Shown: in pieces, positions 45,301 to 63,300 of the stretch
Numbering within the stretch: position 1 is the first letter of the stretch
Layout of the letters: the number at the start of each line of letters is the position of its first letter
DNA from: Eledone cirrhosa
Taxonomy: Eukaryota
Assembly (NCBI GenBank): GCA_964016885.1
Contig: CAXHJY010001685.1
Span: forward strand, 1 to 64,000
Direction of reading: 5' to 3'
Length of the DNA: 64,000 bases
Program-made: the position numbers and the translations under genes
The notes under the pieces: model-generated
Told to the model about the DNA's origin: nothing
The model's database searches: none
Seen by the model: the letters and a program-made list of their open reading frames with translations, nothing else

Positions 45301-48300
45301 ATGTTGAGAACACTACAATACTAATCAATATCTTGAGAACACTACAATACTAATCTATATGTTGAGAACACTACAATACTAATCTATATGTTGAGAACAC
45401 TACAAAACTAATCTATATGTTGAGAACACTACAATATTAATCACTATGTCGAGAACACTACAATATTAATCTATATGTTGAGAACACTACAAAACTAATC
45501 TATATGTTGAGAACACTACAATATTAATCACTATGTTGAGAACACTACAATACTAATCTAAATGTCGAGAACACTACAATACTAATCTATATGTTGAGAA
45601 AACTACAATACTAATCTATATGTTGAGAAAACTACAATACTAATCTATATGTTGAGAACACTACAATACTAATCTATATCTTGAGAACACTACAATACTA
45701 ATCTATATGTTGAGAACACTACAATACTAATCTATATCTTGAGAACACTACAATACTAATCTATATCTTGAGAACACTACAATACTAATCTATATGTTGA
45801 GAACACTACAATACTAATCTATATGTTGAGAACACTACAATACTAATCTATATCTTGAGAACACTACAATACTAATCTATATGTTGAGAACACTACAAAA
45901 CTAATCTATATGTTGAGAACACTACAATACTAATCTCTATGTTGAGAACACTACAATATTAATCACTATGTTGAGAACACTACAATACTAATTTAAATGT
46001 CGAGAACACTACAATACTAATCTATATGTTGAGAACACTACAATACTAATCTATATGTTGAGAACACTACAATACTAATCTATATGTTGAGAACACTACA
46101 ATACTAATCTATATGTTGAGAACACTACAATATTAATCACTATGTTGAGAACACTACAATACTAATCTAAATGTCGAGAACACTACAATACTAATCTATA
46201 TGTTGAGAACACTACAATACTAATCTATATGTTGAGAACACTACAATACTAATCTATATGTTGAGAACAATACAAAACTAATCTATATGTTGAGAATACT
46301 ACAATATTAATCACTATGTTGAGAACACTACAATACTAATCTAAATGTCGAGAACACTACAATACTAATCTATATGTTGAGAACACTACAATACTAATCT
46401 ATATGTTGAGAACACTACAAAACTAATCTATATGTTGAGAACACTACAATATTAATCACTATGTTGAGAACACTACAATACTAAACTAAATGTCGAGAAC
46501 ACTACAATACTAATCTATATGTTGAGAACACTACAATACTAATCTATATGTTGAGAACACTACAATACTAATCTATATGTTGAGAACACTACAATACTAA
46601 TCTATATCTTGAGAACACTACAATACTAATCTATATGTTGAGAACACTACAATACTAATCTATATGTTGAGAACACTACAAAACTAATCTATATGTTGAG
46701 AACACTACAATATTAATCACTATGTTGAGAACACTACAATACTAATCTAAATGTCGAGAACACTACAATACTAATCTATATGTTGAGAACACTACAATAC
46801 TAATCTATATGTTGAGAACACTACAATACTAATCTATATGTTGAGAACACTACAAAACTAATCTATATGTTGAGAACACTACAATATTAATCACTATGTT
46901 GAGAACACTACAATACTAATCTATATGTTGAGAACACTACAATACTAATCTATATGTTGAGAACACTACAATACTAATCTATATGTTGAGAAAAACTACA
47001 ATATTAATCTATATGTTGAGAACACTACACTACTAATCTATATGTTGAGAACACTACAATATTAATCTCTATGTTGAGAACACTACAATACTAATCTATA
47101 TGTTGAGAACACTACAATATTAATCTCTATGTTGAGAACACTACAATACTAATCTATATGTTGAGAACACTACACTACTAATCTATATGTTGAGAACACT
47201 ACAATATTAATCTCTATGTTGAGAACACTACAATACTAATCTATATGTTGAGAACACTACAATATTAATCTCTATGTTGAGAACACTACAATACTAATCT
47301 ATATGTTGAGAACACTACAATACTAATCTATATATTTAGAACACTACAGTACTAATCTATATGTTGAGAAAACTACACTACTAATCTATATGATGAGAAC
47401 ACTACAATACTAATCTATATCTTGAGAACACTACAATACTACTCTATATGTTGAGAACACTACAATACTAATCTATATGTTGAGAACACTACAGTACTAA
47501 TCTCCATGTTGAGAACACTACAATACTAATCTATATGTTGAGAACACTACAATATTAATCTCTATGTTGAGAACACTACAGTACTAATCTCCATGTTGAG
47601 AACACTACAATACTAATCTATATGTTGAGAACACTACAATACTAATCTATATGTTGAGAACACTACAATACTAATCTATATGTTGAGAACACTACAATAC
47701 TAATCTATATGTTGAGAACACTGCAATACTAATCTATATGTTAAGAACACTTCAATACTAATCTATATGTTGAGAACACTACAATACTAATTATATGTTG
47801 AGAATACTACAATACTAATCTATATGTCGAGAACACTACAATACTAATCTATATGTTGAGAACACTACAATACTAATCTATATGTTAAGAACACTACAAT
47901 ACTAACCTATATGTTGAGAACACAACAGTACTAATCTATATGTTGAGAACACTACAATACTAATCTATATGTTGACAACACTACAATGCTAATCTATATG
48001 TTGAGAAAACTACAATACTAATCTATATCTTGAGAACACTACAATACTAATCTATATGTTGAGAACACTACAATACTAATCTATATCTTGAGAACACTAC
48101 AATACTAATCTAAATGTTGAGAACAATACAAAACTAATCTATATGTTGAGAACACTACAATATTAATCACTATGTTGAGAACACTACAATACTAATCTAA
48201 ATGTCGAGAACACTACAATACTAATCTATATGTTGAGAACACTACAATACTAATCTATATGTTGAGAACACTACAAAACTAATCTATATGTTGAGAACAC

Positions 48301-51300
48301 TACAATATTAATCACTATGTTGAGAACACTACAATACTAAACTAAATGTCGAGAACACTACAATACTAATCTATATGTTGAGAACACTACAATACTAATC
48401 TATATGTTGAGAACACTACAATACTAATCTATATGTTGAGAACACTACAATACTAATCTATATGTTGAGAACACTACAATACTAATCTATATGTTGAGAA
48501 CACTACAATACTAATCTATATGTTGAGAACACTACAAAACTAATCTATATGTTGAGAACACTACAATATTAATCACTATGTTGAGAACACTACAATACTA
48601 ATCTAAATGTCGAGAACACTACAATACTAATCTATATGTTGAGAACACTACAATACTAATCTATATGTTGAGAACACTACAATACTAATCTATATGTTGA
48701 GAACACTACAAAACTAATCTATATGTTGAGAACACTACAATATTAATCACTATGTTGAGAACACTACAATACTAATCTAAATGTCGAGAACACTACAATA
48801 CTAATCTATATGTTGAGAACACTACAATACTAATCTATATGTTGAGAACACTACAATACTAATCTATATGTTGAAAACACTACAAAACTAATCTATATGT
48901 TGAGAACACTACAATATTAATCACTATGTTGAGAACACTACAATACTAATCTAAATGTCGAGAACACTACAATACTAATCTATATGTTGAGAACACTACA
49001 ATACTAATCTATATGTTGAGAACACTACAATACTAATCTATCTGTTGAGAACACTACAATACTAATCTATATGTTGAGAACACTACAATATTAATCTATA
49101 TGTTGAGAACACTACACTACTAATCTATATGTTGAGAACACTACAATATTAATCTCTATGTTGAGAACACTACAATACTAATCTATATGTTGAGAACACT
49201 ACAATATTAATCTCTATGTTGAGAACACTACAATACTAATCTATATGTTGAGAACACTACACTACTAATCTATATGTTGAGAACACTACAATATTAATCT
49301 CTATGTTGAGAACACTACAATACTAATCTATATGTTGAGAACACTACAATATTAATCTCTATGTTGAGAACACTACAATACTAATCTATATGTTGAGAAC
49401 ACTACAATACTAATCGATATGTTGAGAACACTAAAGTACTAATCTATATGTTAAGAACACTACAATACTAATCTAAATGTTGAGAACACTACAGTACTAA
49501 TCTCTATGTCGAGAACACTACAATACTAAGCTATATGTTGAGAACTCTACAGTACTAATCTATATGTTGAGAACACTACAGTACTAATCTCTATGTCGAG
49601 AACACTACAATACTAATCTATATGTTGAGAACACTACAGTATTAATCTCCATGTTGAGAATACTACAATACTAATCTATATGTTGAGAACACTACAATAT
49701 TAATCTCTATGTTGAGAATACTACAATACTAATCTATATGATGATAACAATACAGTATTAATCTCCATGTTGAGAATACTACAATACTAATCTATATGTT
49801 GAGAACACTACAATATTAATCTCTATGTCGAGAACACTACAATACTAATCTATATGTTGAGAACACTACAGTATTAATCTCCATGTTGAGAATACTACAA
49901 TACTAATCTATATGTTGAGAACACTACAATATTAATCTCTATGTTGAGAATACTACAATACTAATCTATATGTTGTGAAAACTACAGTACTAATCTATAT
50001 GTTGAGAACACTACAATACTAATCTATATGTTGAGAACACTACAATACTAATCTATATGTTGAGAACACTACAATACTAATCTATATGTTGAGAACACTA
50101 CAATACTAATGTATATGTTGTGAAAACTACAGTACTAATCTATATGTTGAGAACGCTACAATACTAATCTATATGTTGAGAACACTACAATACTAATCTA
50201 TATGTTAAGAACACTACAATACTAATCTATATGTTGAGAACACTACAATACTAATCTATATGTTGAGAACACTTCAATACTAATCTATATGTTGAGAACA
50301 CTACAATACTAATCTATATGTTAAGAACACTACAATACTAATCTATATGTTGAGAACACTACAATACTAATCTATATGTTGACAACACTACAATACTAAC
50401 CTATATGTTGAGAAAACTACAATACTAATCTATATAATGAGAACACTACAATACTAATCTATATGTTGAGAAGACTACGATATTAATCTATATGTTGAGA
50501 ACACTACACTACTAATCTAAATGTTGAGAACACTACAATACTAATCTATATGTTGAGAACACTACAATACTAATCTATATGTTGAGAACACTACAATACT
50601 AATCTATATGTTGAGAACACTACAATATTAAGCTATATGTTGAGAACACTACAATACTAATCTATATGTTAAGAAAACTACAGTACTAATCTATATGTTG
50701 AGAACACTACAATACTAATCTATATGTTGAGAACACTACAATACTAATCTATATGTTGAGAACACTACAATACTAATCTATATGTTGAGAACACTACAAT
50801 ACTAATCTATATGTTGAGAACACTACAATATTAATATATATGTTGAGTACACTACAATATTAATCTATATGTTGAGAACACTACAATACTAATCTATATG
50901 TTGAGAACACTACAATACTAATCTATATGTTGAGAACACTACAATACTAATCTATATGTTGAGAACACTACAATACTAATCTATATGTTGAGAACACTAC
51001 AATACTAATCTATATGTTGAGAACACTACAATACTAATCTATATGTTGAGAACACTACAATACTAATCTATATGTTGAGAACACTACAATACTAATCTAT
51101 ATGTTGAGAACACTACAATACTAATCTATATCTTGAGAACACTACAATACTAATCTATATGTTGAGAACACTACAATACTAATCTATATGTTGAGAACAC
51201 TACAGTACTAATCTATATGTTGAGAACACTACAATACTAATCTATATATTGACAACACTAAAGTACTAATCTATATGTTGAGAACACTACAATACTAATC

Positions 51301-54300
51301 TATATGTTGAGAACACTACAATACTAATCTATATGTTGAGAACACTACCATATTAATCTATATGTTGAGAACACTACAATACTAATCTATATGTTGACAA
51401 CACTAAAGTACTAATCTATATGTTGAGAACACTACAATACTAATCTATATATTGAGAACACTACAGTACTAATCTATATGTTGAGAACACTACAGTACTA
51501 ATCTATAAGTTGAGAACACTACAATACTAATCTATATGTTGAGAATACTACAATACTAATCTATATCTTGAGAACACTACAATACTAATCTATATGTTGA
51601 GAACACTACAATACTAATCTATATCTTGAGAACACTACAATACTAATCTATATGTTGAGAACACTACAATACTAATCAATATCTTGAGAACACTACAATA
51701 CTAATCTATATGTTGAGAACACTACAATACTAATCTATATGTTGAGAACACTACAAAACTAATCTATATGTTGAGAACACTACAATATTAATCACTATGT
51801 CGAGAACACTACAATATTAATCTATATGTTGAGAACACTACAAAACTAATCTATATGTTGAGAACACTACAATATTAATCACTATGTTGAGAACACTACA
51901 ATACTAATCTAAATGTCGAGAACACTACAATACTAATCTATATGTTGAGAAAACTACAATACTAATCTATATGTTGAGAAAACTACAATACTAATCTATA
52001 TGTTGAGAACACTACAATACTAATCTATATCTTGAGAACACTACAATACTAATCTATATGTTGAGAACACTACAATACTAATCTATATCTTGAGAACACT
52101 ACAATACTAATCTATATCTTGAGAACACTACAATACTAATCTATATGTTGAGAACACTACAATACTAATCTATATGTTGAGAACACTACAATACTAATCT
52201 ATATGTTGAGAACACTACAATACTAATCTATATGTTGAGAACACTACAATACTAATCTATATGTTGAGAACAATACAAAACTAATCTATATGTTGAGAAT
52301 ACTACAATATTAATCACTATGTTGAGAACACTACAATACTAATCTAAATGTCGAGAACACTACAATACTAATCTATATGTTGAGAACACTACAAAACTAA
52401 TCTATATGTTGAGAACACTACAATATTAATCACTATGTTGAGAACACTACAAAACTAATCTATATGTTGAGAACACTACAATACTAATCTATATGTTGAG
52501 AACACTACAATACTAAACTAAATGTCGAGAACACTACAATACTAATCTATATGTTGAGAACACTACAATACTAATCTATATGTTGAGAACACTACAATAC
52601 TAATCTATATGTTGAGAACACTACAATACTAATCTATATCTTGAGAACACTACAATACTAATCTATATGTTGAGAACACTACAATACTAATCTATATGTT
52701 GAGAACACTACAAAACTAATCTATATGTTGAGAACACTACAATATTAATCACTATGTTGAGAACACTACAATACTAATCTAAATGTCGAGAACACTACAA
52801 TACTAATCTATATGTTGAGAACACTACAATACTAATCTATATGTTGAGAACACTACAATACTAATCTATATGTTGAGAACACTACAAAACTAATCTATAT
52901 GTTGAGAACACTACAATATTAATCACTATGTTGAGAACACTACAATACTAATCTATATGTTGAGAACACTACAATACTAATCTATATGTTGAGAACACTA
53001 CAATACTAATCTATATGTTGAGAAAAACTACAATATTAATCTATATGTTGAGAACACTACACTACTAATCTATATGTTGAGAACACTACAATATTAATCT
53101 CTATGTTGAGAACACTACAATACTAATCTATATGTTGAGAACACTACAATATTAATCTCTATGTTGAGAACACTACAATACTAATCTATATGTTGAGAAC
53201 ACTACACTACTAATCTATATGTTGAGAACACTACAATATTAATCTCTATGTTGAGAACACTACAATACTAATCTATATGTTGAGAACACTACAATATTAA
53301 TCTCTATGTTGAGAACACTACAATACTAATCTATATGTTGAGAACACTACAATACTAATCTATATATTTAGAACACTACAGTACTAATCTATATGTTGAG
53401 AAAACTACACTACTAATCTATATGATGAGAACACTACAATACTAATCTATATCTTGAGAACACTACAATACTACTCTATATGTTGAGAACACTACAATAC
53501 TAATCTATATGTTGAGAACACTACAGTACTAATCTCCATGTTGAGAACACTACAATACTAATCTATATGTTGAGAACACTACAATATTAATCTCTATGTT
53601 GAGAACACTACAGTACTAATCTCCATGTTGAGAACACTACAATACTAATCTATATGTTGAGAACACTACAATACTAATCTATATGTTGAGAACACTACAA
53701 TACTAATCTATATGTTGAGAACACTACAATACTAATCTATATGTTGAGAACACTGCAATACTAATCTATATGTTAAGAACACTTCAATACTAATCTATAT
53801 GTTGAGAACACTACAATACTAATTATATGTTGAGAATACTACAATACTAATCTATATGTCGAGAACACTACAATACTAATCTATATGTTGAGAACACTAC
53901 AATACTAATCTATATGTTAAGAACACTACAATACTAACCTATATGTTGAGAACACAGCAGTACTAATCTATATGTTGAGAACACTACAATACTAATCTAT
54001 ATGTTGACAACACTACAATGCTAATCTATATGTTGAGAAAACTACAATACTAATCTATATCTTGAGAACACTACAATACTAATCTATATGTTGAGAACAC
54101 TACAATACTAATCTATATCTTGAGAACACTACAATACTAATCTAAATGTTGAGAACAATACAAAACTAATCTATATGTTGAGAACACTACAATATTAATC
54201 ACTATGTTGAGAACACTACAATACTAATCTAAATGTCGAGAACACTACAATACTAATCTATATGTTGAGAACACTACAATACTAATCTATATGTTGAGAA

Positions 54301-57300
54301 CACTACAAAACTAATCTATATGTTGAGAACACTACAATATTAATCACTATGTTGAGAACACTACAATACTAAACTAAATGTCGAGAACACTACAATACTA
54401 ATCTATATGTTGAGAACACTACAATACTAATCTATATGTTGAGAACACTACAATACTAATCTATATGTTGAGAACACTACAATACTAATCTATATGTTGA
54501 GAACACTACAATACTAATCTATATGTTGAGAACACTACAATACTAATCTATATGTTGAGAACACTACAAAACTAATCTATATGTTGAGAACACTACAATA
54601 TTAATCACTATGTTGAGAACACTACAATACTAATCTAAATGTCGAGAACACTACAATACTAATCTATATGTTGAGAACACTACAATACTAATCTATATGT
54701 TGAGAACACTACAATACTAATCTATATGTTGAGAACACTACAAAACTAATCTATATGTTGAGAACACTACAATATTAATCACTATGTTGAGAACACTACA
54801 ATACTAATCTAAATGTCGAGAACACTACAATACTAATCTATATGTTGAGAACACTACAATACTAATCTATATGTTGAGAACACTACAATACTAATCTATA
54901 TGTTGAAAACACTACAAAACTAATCTATATGTTGAGAACACTACAATATTAATCACTATGTTGAGAACACTACAATACTAATCTAAATGTCGAGAACACT
55001 ACAATACTAATCTATATGTTGAGAACACTACAATACTAATCTATATGTTGAGAACACTACAATACTAATCTATCTGTTGAGAACACTACAATACTAATCT
55101 ATATGTTGAGAACACTACAATATTAATCTATATGTTGAGAACACTACACTACTAATCTATATGTTGAGAACACTACAATATTAATCTCTATGTTGAGAAC
55201 ACTACAATACTAATCTATATGTTGAGAACACTACAATATTAATCTCTATGTTGAGAACACTACAATACTAATCTATATGTTGAGAACACTACACTACTAA
55301 TCTATATGTTGAGAACACTACAATATTAATCTCTATGTTGAGAACACTACAATACTAATCTATATGTTGAGAACACTACAATATTAATCTCTATGTTGAG
55401 AACACTACAATACTAATCTATATGTTGAGAACACTACAATACTAATCGATATGTTGAGAACACTAAAGTACTAATCTATATGTTAAGAACACTACAATAC
55501 TAATCTAAATGTTGAGAACACTACAGTACTAATCTCTATGTCGAGAACACTACAATACTAAGCTATATGTTGAGAACTCTACAGTACTAATCTATATGTT
55601 GAGAACACTACAGTACTAATCTCTATGTCGAGAACACTACAATACTAATCTATATGTTGAGAACACTACAGTATTAATCTCCATGTTGAGAATACTACAA
55701 TACTAATCTATATGTTGAGAACACTACAATATTAATCTCTATGTTGAGAATACTACAATACTAATCTATATGATGATAACAATACAGTATTAATCTCCAT
55801 GTTGAGAATACTACAATACTAATCTATATGTTGAGAACACTACAATATTAATCTCTATGTCGAGAACACTACAATACTAATCTATATGTTGAGAACACTA
55901 CAGTATTAATCTCCATGTTGAGAATACTACAATACTAATCTATATGTTGAGAACACTACAATATTAATCTCTATGTTGAGAATACTACAATACTAATCTA
56001 TATGTTGTGAAAACTACAGTACTAATCTATATGTTGAGAACACTACAATACTAATCTATATGTTGAGAACACTACAATACTAATCTATATGTTGAGAACA
56101 CTACAATACTAATCTATATGTTGAGAACACTACAATACTAATGTATATGTTGTGAAAACTACAGTACTAATCTATATGTTGAGAACGCTACAATACTAAT
56201 CTATATGTTGAGAACACTACAATACTAATCTATATGTTAAGAACACTACAATACTAATCTATATGTTGAGAACACTACAATACTAATCTATATGTTGAGA
56301 ACACTTCAATACTAATCTATATGTTGAGAACACTACAATACTAATCTATATGTTAAGAACACTACAATACTAATCTATATGTTGAGAACACTACAATACT
56401 AATCTATATGTTGACAACACTACAATACTAACCTATATGTTGAGAAAACTACAATACTAATCTATATAATGAGAACACTACAATACTAATCTATATGTTG
56501 AGAAGACTACGATATTAATCTATATGTTGAGAACACTACACTACTAATCTAAAGTTGAGAACACTACAATACTAATCTATATGTTGAGAACACTACAATA
56601 CTAATCTATATGTTGAGAACACTACAATACTAATCTATATGTTGAGAACACTACAATACTAATCTATATGTTGAGAACACTACAATACTAATCTATATGT
56701 TGAGAACACTACAATACTAATATATATGTTGAGAACACTACAATATTAATCTATATGTTGAGAACACTACAATACTAATCTATATGTTGAGAACACTACA
56801 ATACTAATCTATATGTTGAGAACACTACAATACTAATCTATATGTTGAGAACACTACAATACTAATCTATATGTTGAGAACACTACAATACTAATCTATA
56901 TGTTGAGAACACTACAATACTAATCTATATGTTGAGAACACTACAATACTAATCTATATGTTGAGAACACTACAATACTAATCTATATCTTGAGAACACT
57001 ACAATACTAATCTATATCTTGAGAACACTACAATACTAATCTATATGTTGAGAACACTACAGTACTAATCTATATGTTGAGAACACTACAATACTAATCT
57101 ATATGTTGACAACACTAAAGTACTAATCTATATGTTGAGAACACTACAATACTAATCTATATGTTGAGAACACTACAATACTAATCTATATGTTGAGAAC
57201 ACTACCATATAAATCTATATGTTGAGAACACTACAATACTAATCTATATGTTGACAACACTAAAGTACTAATCTATATGTTGAGAACACTACAATACTAA

Positions 57301-60300
57301 TCTATATATTGAGAACACTACAGTACTAATCTATATGTTGAGAACACTACAGTACTAATCTATAGGTTGAGAACACTACAATACTAATTTATATGTTGAG
57401 AATACTACAATACTAATCTATATCTTGAGAACACTACAATACTAATCTATATGTTGAGAACACTACAATACGAATCTATATCTTGAGAACACTACAATAC
57501 TAATCTATATGTTGAGAACACTACAATACTAATCAATATCTTGAGAACACTACAATACTAATCTATATGTTGAGAACACTACAATACTAATCTATATGTT
57601 GAGAACACTACAAAACTAATCTATATGTTGAGAACACTACAATATTAATCATTATGTCGAGAACACTACAATATTAATCTATATGTTGAGAACACTACAA
57701 AACTAATCTATATGTTGAGAACACTACAATATTAATCACTATGTTGAGAACACTACAATACTAATCTAAATGTCGAGAACACTACAATACTAATCTATAT
57801 GTTGAGAAAACTACAATACTAATCTATATGTTGAGAACACTACAATACTAATCTATATGTTGAGAACACTACAATACTAATATATATGTTGAGAACACTA
57901 CAATATTAATCTATATGTTGAGAACACTACAATACTAATCTATATGTTGAGAACACTACAATACTAATCTATATGTTGAGAACACTACAATACTAATCTA
58001 TATGTTGAGAACACTACAATACTAATCTATATGTTGAGAACACTACAATACTAATCTATATGTTGAGAACACTACAATACTAATCTATATGTTGAGAACA
58101 CTACAATACTAATCTATATGTTGAGAACACTACAATACTAATCTATATCTTGAGAACACTACAATACTAATCTATATCTTGAGAACACTACAATACTAAT
58201 CTATATGTTGAGAACACTACAGTACTAATCTATATGTTGAGAACACTACAATACTAATCTATATGTTGACAACACTAAAGTACTAATCTATATGTTGAGA
58301 ACACTACAATACTAATCTATATGTTGAGAACACTACAATACTAATCTATATGTTGAGAACACTACCATATTAATCTATATGTTGAGAACACTACAATACT
58401 AATCTATATGTTGACAACACTACAAAACTAATCTATATGTTGAGAACACTACAATATTAATCATTATGTCGAGAACACTACAATATTAATCTATATGTTG
58501 AGAACACTACAAAACTAATCTATATGTTGAGAACACTACAATATTAATCACTATGTTGAGAACACTACAATACTAATCTAAATGTCGAGAACACTACAAT
58601 ACTAATCTATATGTTGAGAAAACTACAATACTAATCTATATGTTGAGAAAACTACAATACTAATCTATATGTTGAGAACACTACAATACTAATCTATATC
58701 TTGAGAACACTACAATACTAATCTATATGTTGAGAACACTACAATACTAATCTCTATGTTGAGAACACTACAATACTAATCTATATCTTGAGAACACTAC
58801 AATACTAATCTATATGTTGAGAACACTACAATACTAATCTATATGTTGAGAACACTACAATACTAATCTATATCTTGAGAACACTACAATACTAATCTAT
58901 ATGTTGAGAACACTACAAAACTAATCTATATGTTGAGAACACTACAATACTAATCTCTATGTTGAGAACACTACAATATTAATCACTATGTTGAGAACAC
59001 TACAATACTAATTTAAATGTCGAGAACACTACAATACTAATCTATATGTTGAGAACACTACAATACTAATCTATATGTTGAGAACACTACAATACTAATC
59101 TATATGTTGAGAACACTACAATACTAATCTATATGTTGAGAACACTACAATATTAATCACTATGTTGAGAACACTACAATACTAATCTAAATGTCGAGAA
59201 CACTACAATACTAATCTATATGTTGAGAACACTACAATACTAATCTATATGTTGAGAACACTACAATACTAATCTATATGTTGAGAACAATACAAAACTA
59301 ATCTATATGTTGAGAACACTACAATATTAATCACTATGTTGAGAACACTACAATTCTAATCTAAATGTCGAGAACACTACAATACTAATCTATATGTTGA
59401 GAACACTACAATACTAATCTATATGTTGAGAACACTACAAAACTAATCTATATGTTGAGAACACTACAATATTAATCACTATGTTGAGAACACTACAATA
59501 CTAAACTAAATGTCGAGAACACTACAATACTAATCTATATGTTGAGAACACTACAATACTAATCTATATGTTGAGAACACTACAATACTAATCTATATGT
59601 TGAGAACACTACAATACTAATCTATATCTTGAGAACACTACAATACTAATCTATATGTTGAGAACACTACAATACTAATCTATATGTTGAGAACACTACA
59701 AAACTTATCTATATGTTGAGAACACTACAATATTAATCACTATGTTGAGAACACTACAAATACTAATCTAAATGTCGAGAACACTACAATACTAATCTAT
59801 ATGTTGAGAACACTACAATACTAATCTATATGTTGAGAACACTTCAATACTAATCTATATGTTGAGAACACTACAATACTAATCTATATGTTGAGAACAC
59901 TACAATACTAATCTATATGTTAAGAACACTACAATACTAATCTATATGTTGAGAACACTACAATACTAATCTATATGTTGACAACACTACAATACTAACC
60001 TATATGTTGAGAAAACTACAATACTAATCTATATAATGAGAACACTACAATACTAATCTATATGTTGAGAAGACTACGATATTAATCTATATGTTGAGAA
60101 CACTACACTACTAATCTAAATGTTGAGAACACTACAATACTAATCTATATGTTGAGAACACTACAATACTAATCTATATGTTGAGAACACTACAATACTA
60201 ATCTATATGTTGAGAACACTACAATATTAAGCTATATGTTGAGAACACTACAATACTAATCTATATGTTGAGAAAACTACAGTACTAATCTATATGTTGA

Positions 60301-63300
60301 GAACACTACAATACTAATCTATATGTTGAGAACACTACAATACTAATCTATATGTTGAGAACACTACAATACTAATCTATATGTTGAGAACACTACAATA
60401 CTAATCTATATGTTGAGAACACTACAATACTAATATATATGTTGAGAACACTACAATATTAATCTATATGTTGAGAACACTACAATACTAATCTATATGT
60501 TGAGAACACTACAATACTAATCTATATGTTGAGAACACTACAATACTAATCTATATGTTGAGAACACTACAATACTAATCTATATGTTGAGAACACTACA
60601 ATACTAATCTATATGTTGAGAACACTACAATACTAATCTATATGTTGAGAACACTACAATACTAATCTATATGTTGAGAACACTACAATACTAATCTATA
60701 TCTTGAGAACACTACAATACTAATCTATATCTTGAGAACACTACAATACTAATCTATATGTTGAGAACACTACAGTACTAATCTATATGTTGAGAACACT
60801 ACAATACTAATCTATATGTTGACAACACTAAAGTACTAATCTATATGTTGAGAACACTACAATACTAATCTATATGTTGAGAACACTACAATACTAATCT
60901 ATATGTTGAGAACACTACCATATTAATCTATATGTTGAGAACACTACAATACTAATCTATATGTTGACAACACTAAAGTACTAATCTATATGTTGAGAAC
61001 ACTACAATACTAATCTATATATTGAGAACACTACAGTACTAATCTATATGTTGAGAACACTACAGTACTAATCTATAGGTTGAGAACACTACAATACTAA
61101 TCTATATGTTGAGAACACTACAATACTAATCTATATGTTGAGAACACTACAAAACTAATCTATATGTTGAGAACACTACAATATTAATCACTATGTCGAG
61201 AACACTACAATATTAATCTATATGTTGAGAACACTACAAAACTAATCTATATGTTGAGAACACTACAATATTAATCACTATGTCGAGAACACTACAATAT
61301 TAATCTATATGTTGAGAACACTACAAAACTAATCTATATGTTGAGAACACTACAATACTAATCTATATGTTGAGAACACTACAAAACTAATCTATATGTT
61401 GAGAACACTACAATATTAATCACTATGTCGAGAACACTACAATACTAATCTATATGTTGAGAAAACTACAATACTAATCTATATGTTGAGAAAACTACAA
61501 TACTAATCTATATGTTGAGAACACTACAATACTAATCTATATCTTGAGAACACTACAATACTAATCTATATGTTGAGAACACTACAATACTAATCTATAT
61601 CTTGAGAACACTACAATACTAATCTATATCTTGAGAACACTACAATACTAATCTATATGTTGAGAACACTACAATACTAATCTATATGTTGAGAACACTA
61701 CAATACTAATCTATATCTTGAGAACACTACAATACTAATCTATATGTTGAGAACACTACAAAACTAATCTATATGTTGAGAACACTACAATACTAATCTC
61801 TATGTTGAGAACACTACAATATTAATCACTATGTTGAGAACACTACAATACTAATTTAAATGTCGAGAACACTACAATACTAATCTATATGTTGAGAACA
61901 CTACAATACTAATCTATATGTTGAGAACACTACAATATTAATCACTATGTTGAGAACACTACAATACTAATCTAAATGTCGAGAACACTACAATACTAAT
62001 CTATATGTTGAGAACACTACAATACTAATCTATATGTTGAGAACACTACAATACTAATCTATATGTTGAGAACAATACAAAACTAATCTATATGTTGAGA
62101 ACACTACAATATTAATCACTATGTTGAGAACACTACAATACTAATCTAAATGTCGAGAACACTACAATACTAATCTATATGTTGAGAACACTACAATACT
62201 AATCTATATGTTGAGAACACTACAAAACTAATCTATATGTTGAGAACACTACAATATTAATCACTATGTTGAGAACACTACAATACTAAACTAAATGTCG
62301 AGAACACTACAATACTAATCTATATGTTGAGAACACTACAATACTAATCTATATGTTGAGAACACTACAATACTAATATATATGTTGAGAACACTACAAT
62401 ACTAATCTATATCTTGAGAACACTACAATACTAATCTATATGTTGAGAACACTACAATACTAATCTATATGTTGAGAACACTACAAAACTAATCTATATG
62501 TTGAGAACACTACAATATTAATCACTATGTTGAGAACACTACAATACTAATCTAAATGTCGAGAACACTACAATACTAATCTATATGTTGAGAACACTAC
62601 AATACTAATCTATATGTTGAGAACACTACAATACTAATCTATATGTTGAGAACACTACAAAACTAATCTATATGTTGAGAACACTACAATATTAATCACT
62701 ATGTTGAGAACACTACAATACTAATCTAAATGTCGAGAACACTACAATACTAATCTATATGTTGAGAACACTACAATACTAATCTATATGTTGAGAACAC
62801 TACAATACTAATCTATATGTTGAGAACACTACAATACTAATCTATATGTTGAGAAAAACTACAATATTAATCTATATGTTGAGAACACTACACTACTAAT
62901 CTATATGTTGAGAACACTACAATATTAATCTCTATGTTGAGAACACTACAATACTAATCTATATGTTGAGAACACTACAATATTAATCTCTATGTTGAGA
63001 ACACTACAATACTAATCTATATGTTGAGAACACTACACTACTAATCTATATGTTGAGAACACTACAATATTAATCTCTATGTTGAGAACACTACAATACT
63101 AATCTATATGTTGAGAACACTACAATATTAATCTCTATGTTGAGAACACTACAATACTAATCTATATGTTGAGAACACTACAATACTAATCTATATATTT
63201 AGAACACTACAGTACTAATCTATATGTTGAGAAAACTACACTACTAATCTATATGATGAGAACACTACAATACTAATCTATATCTTGAGAACACTACAAT

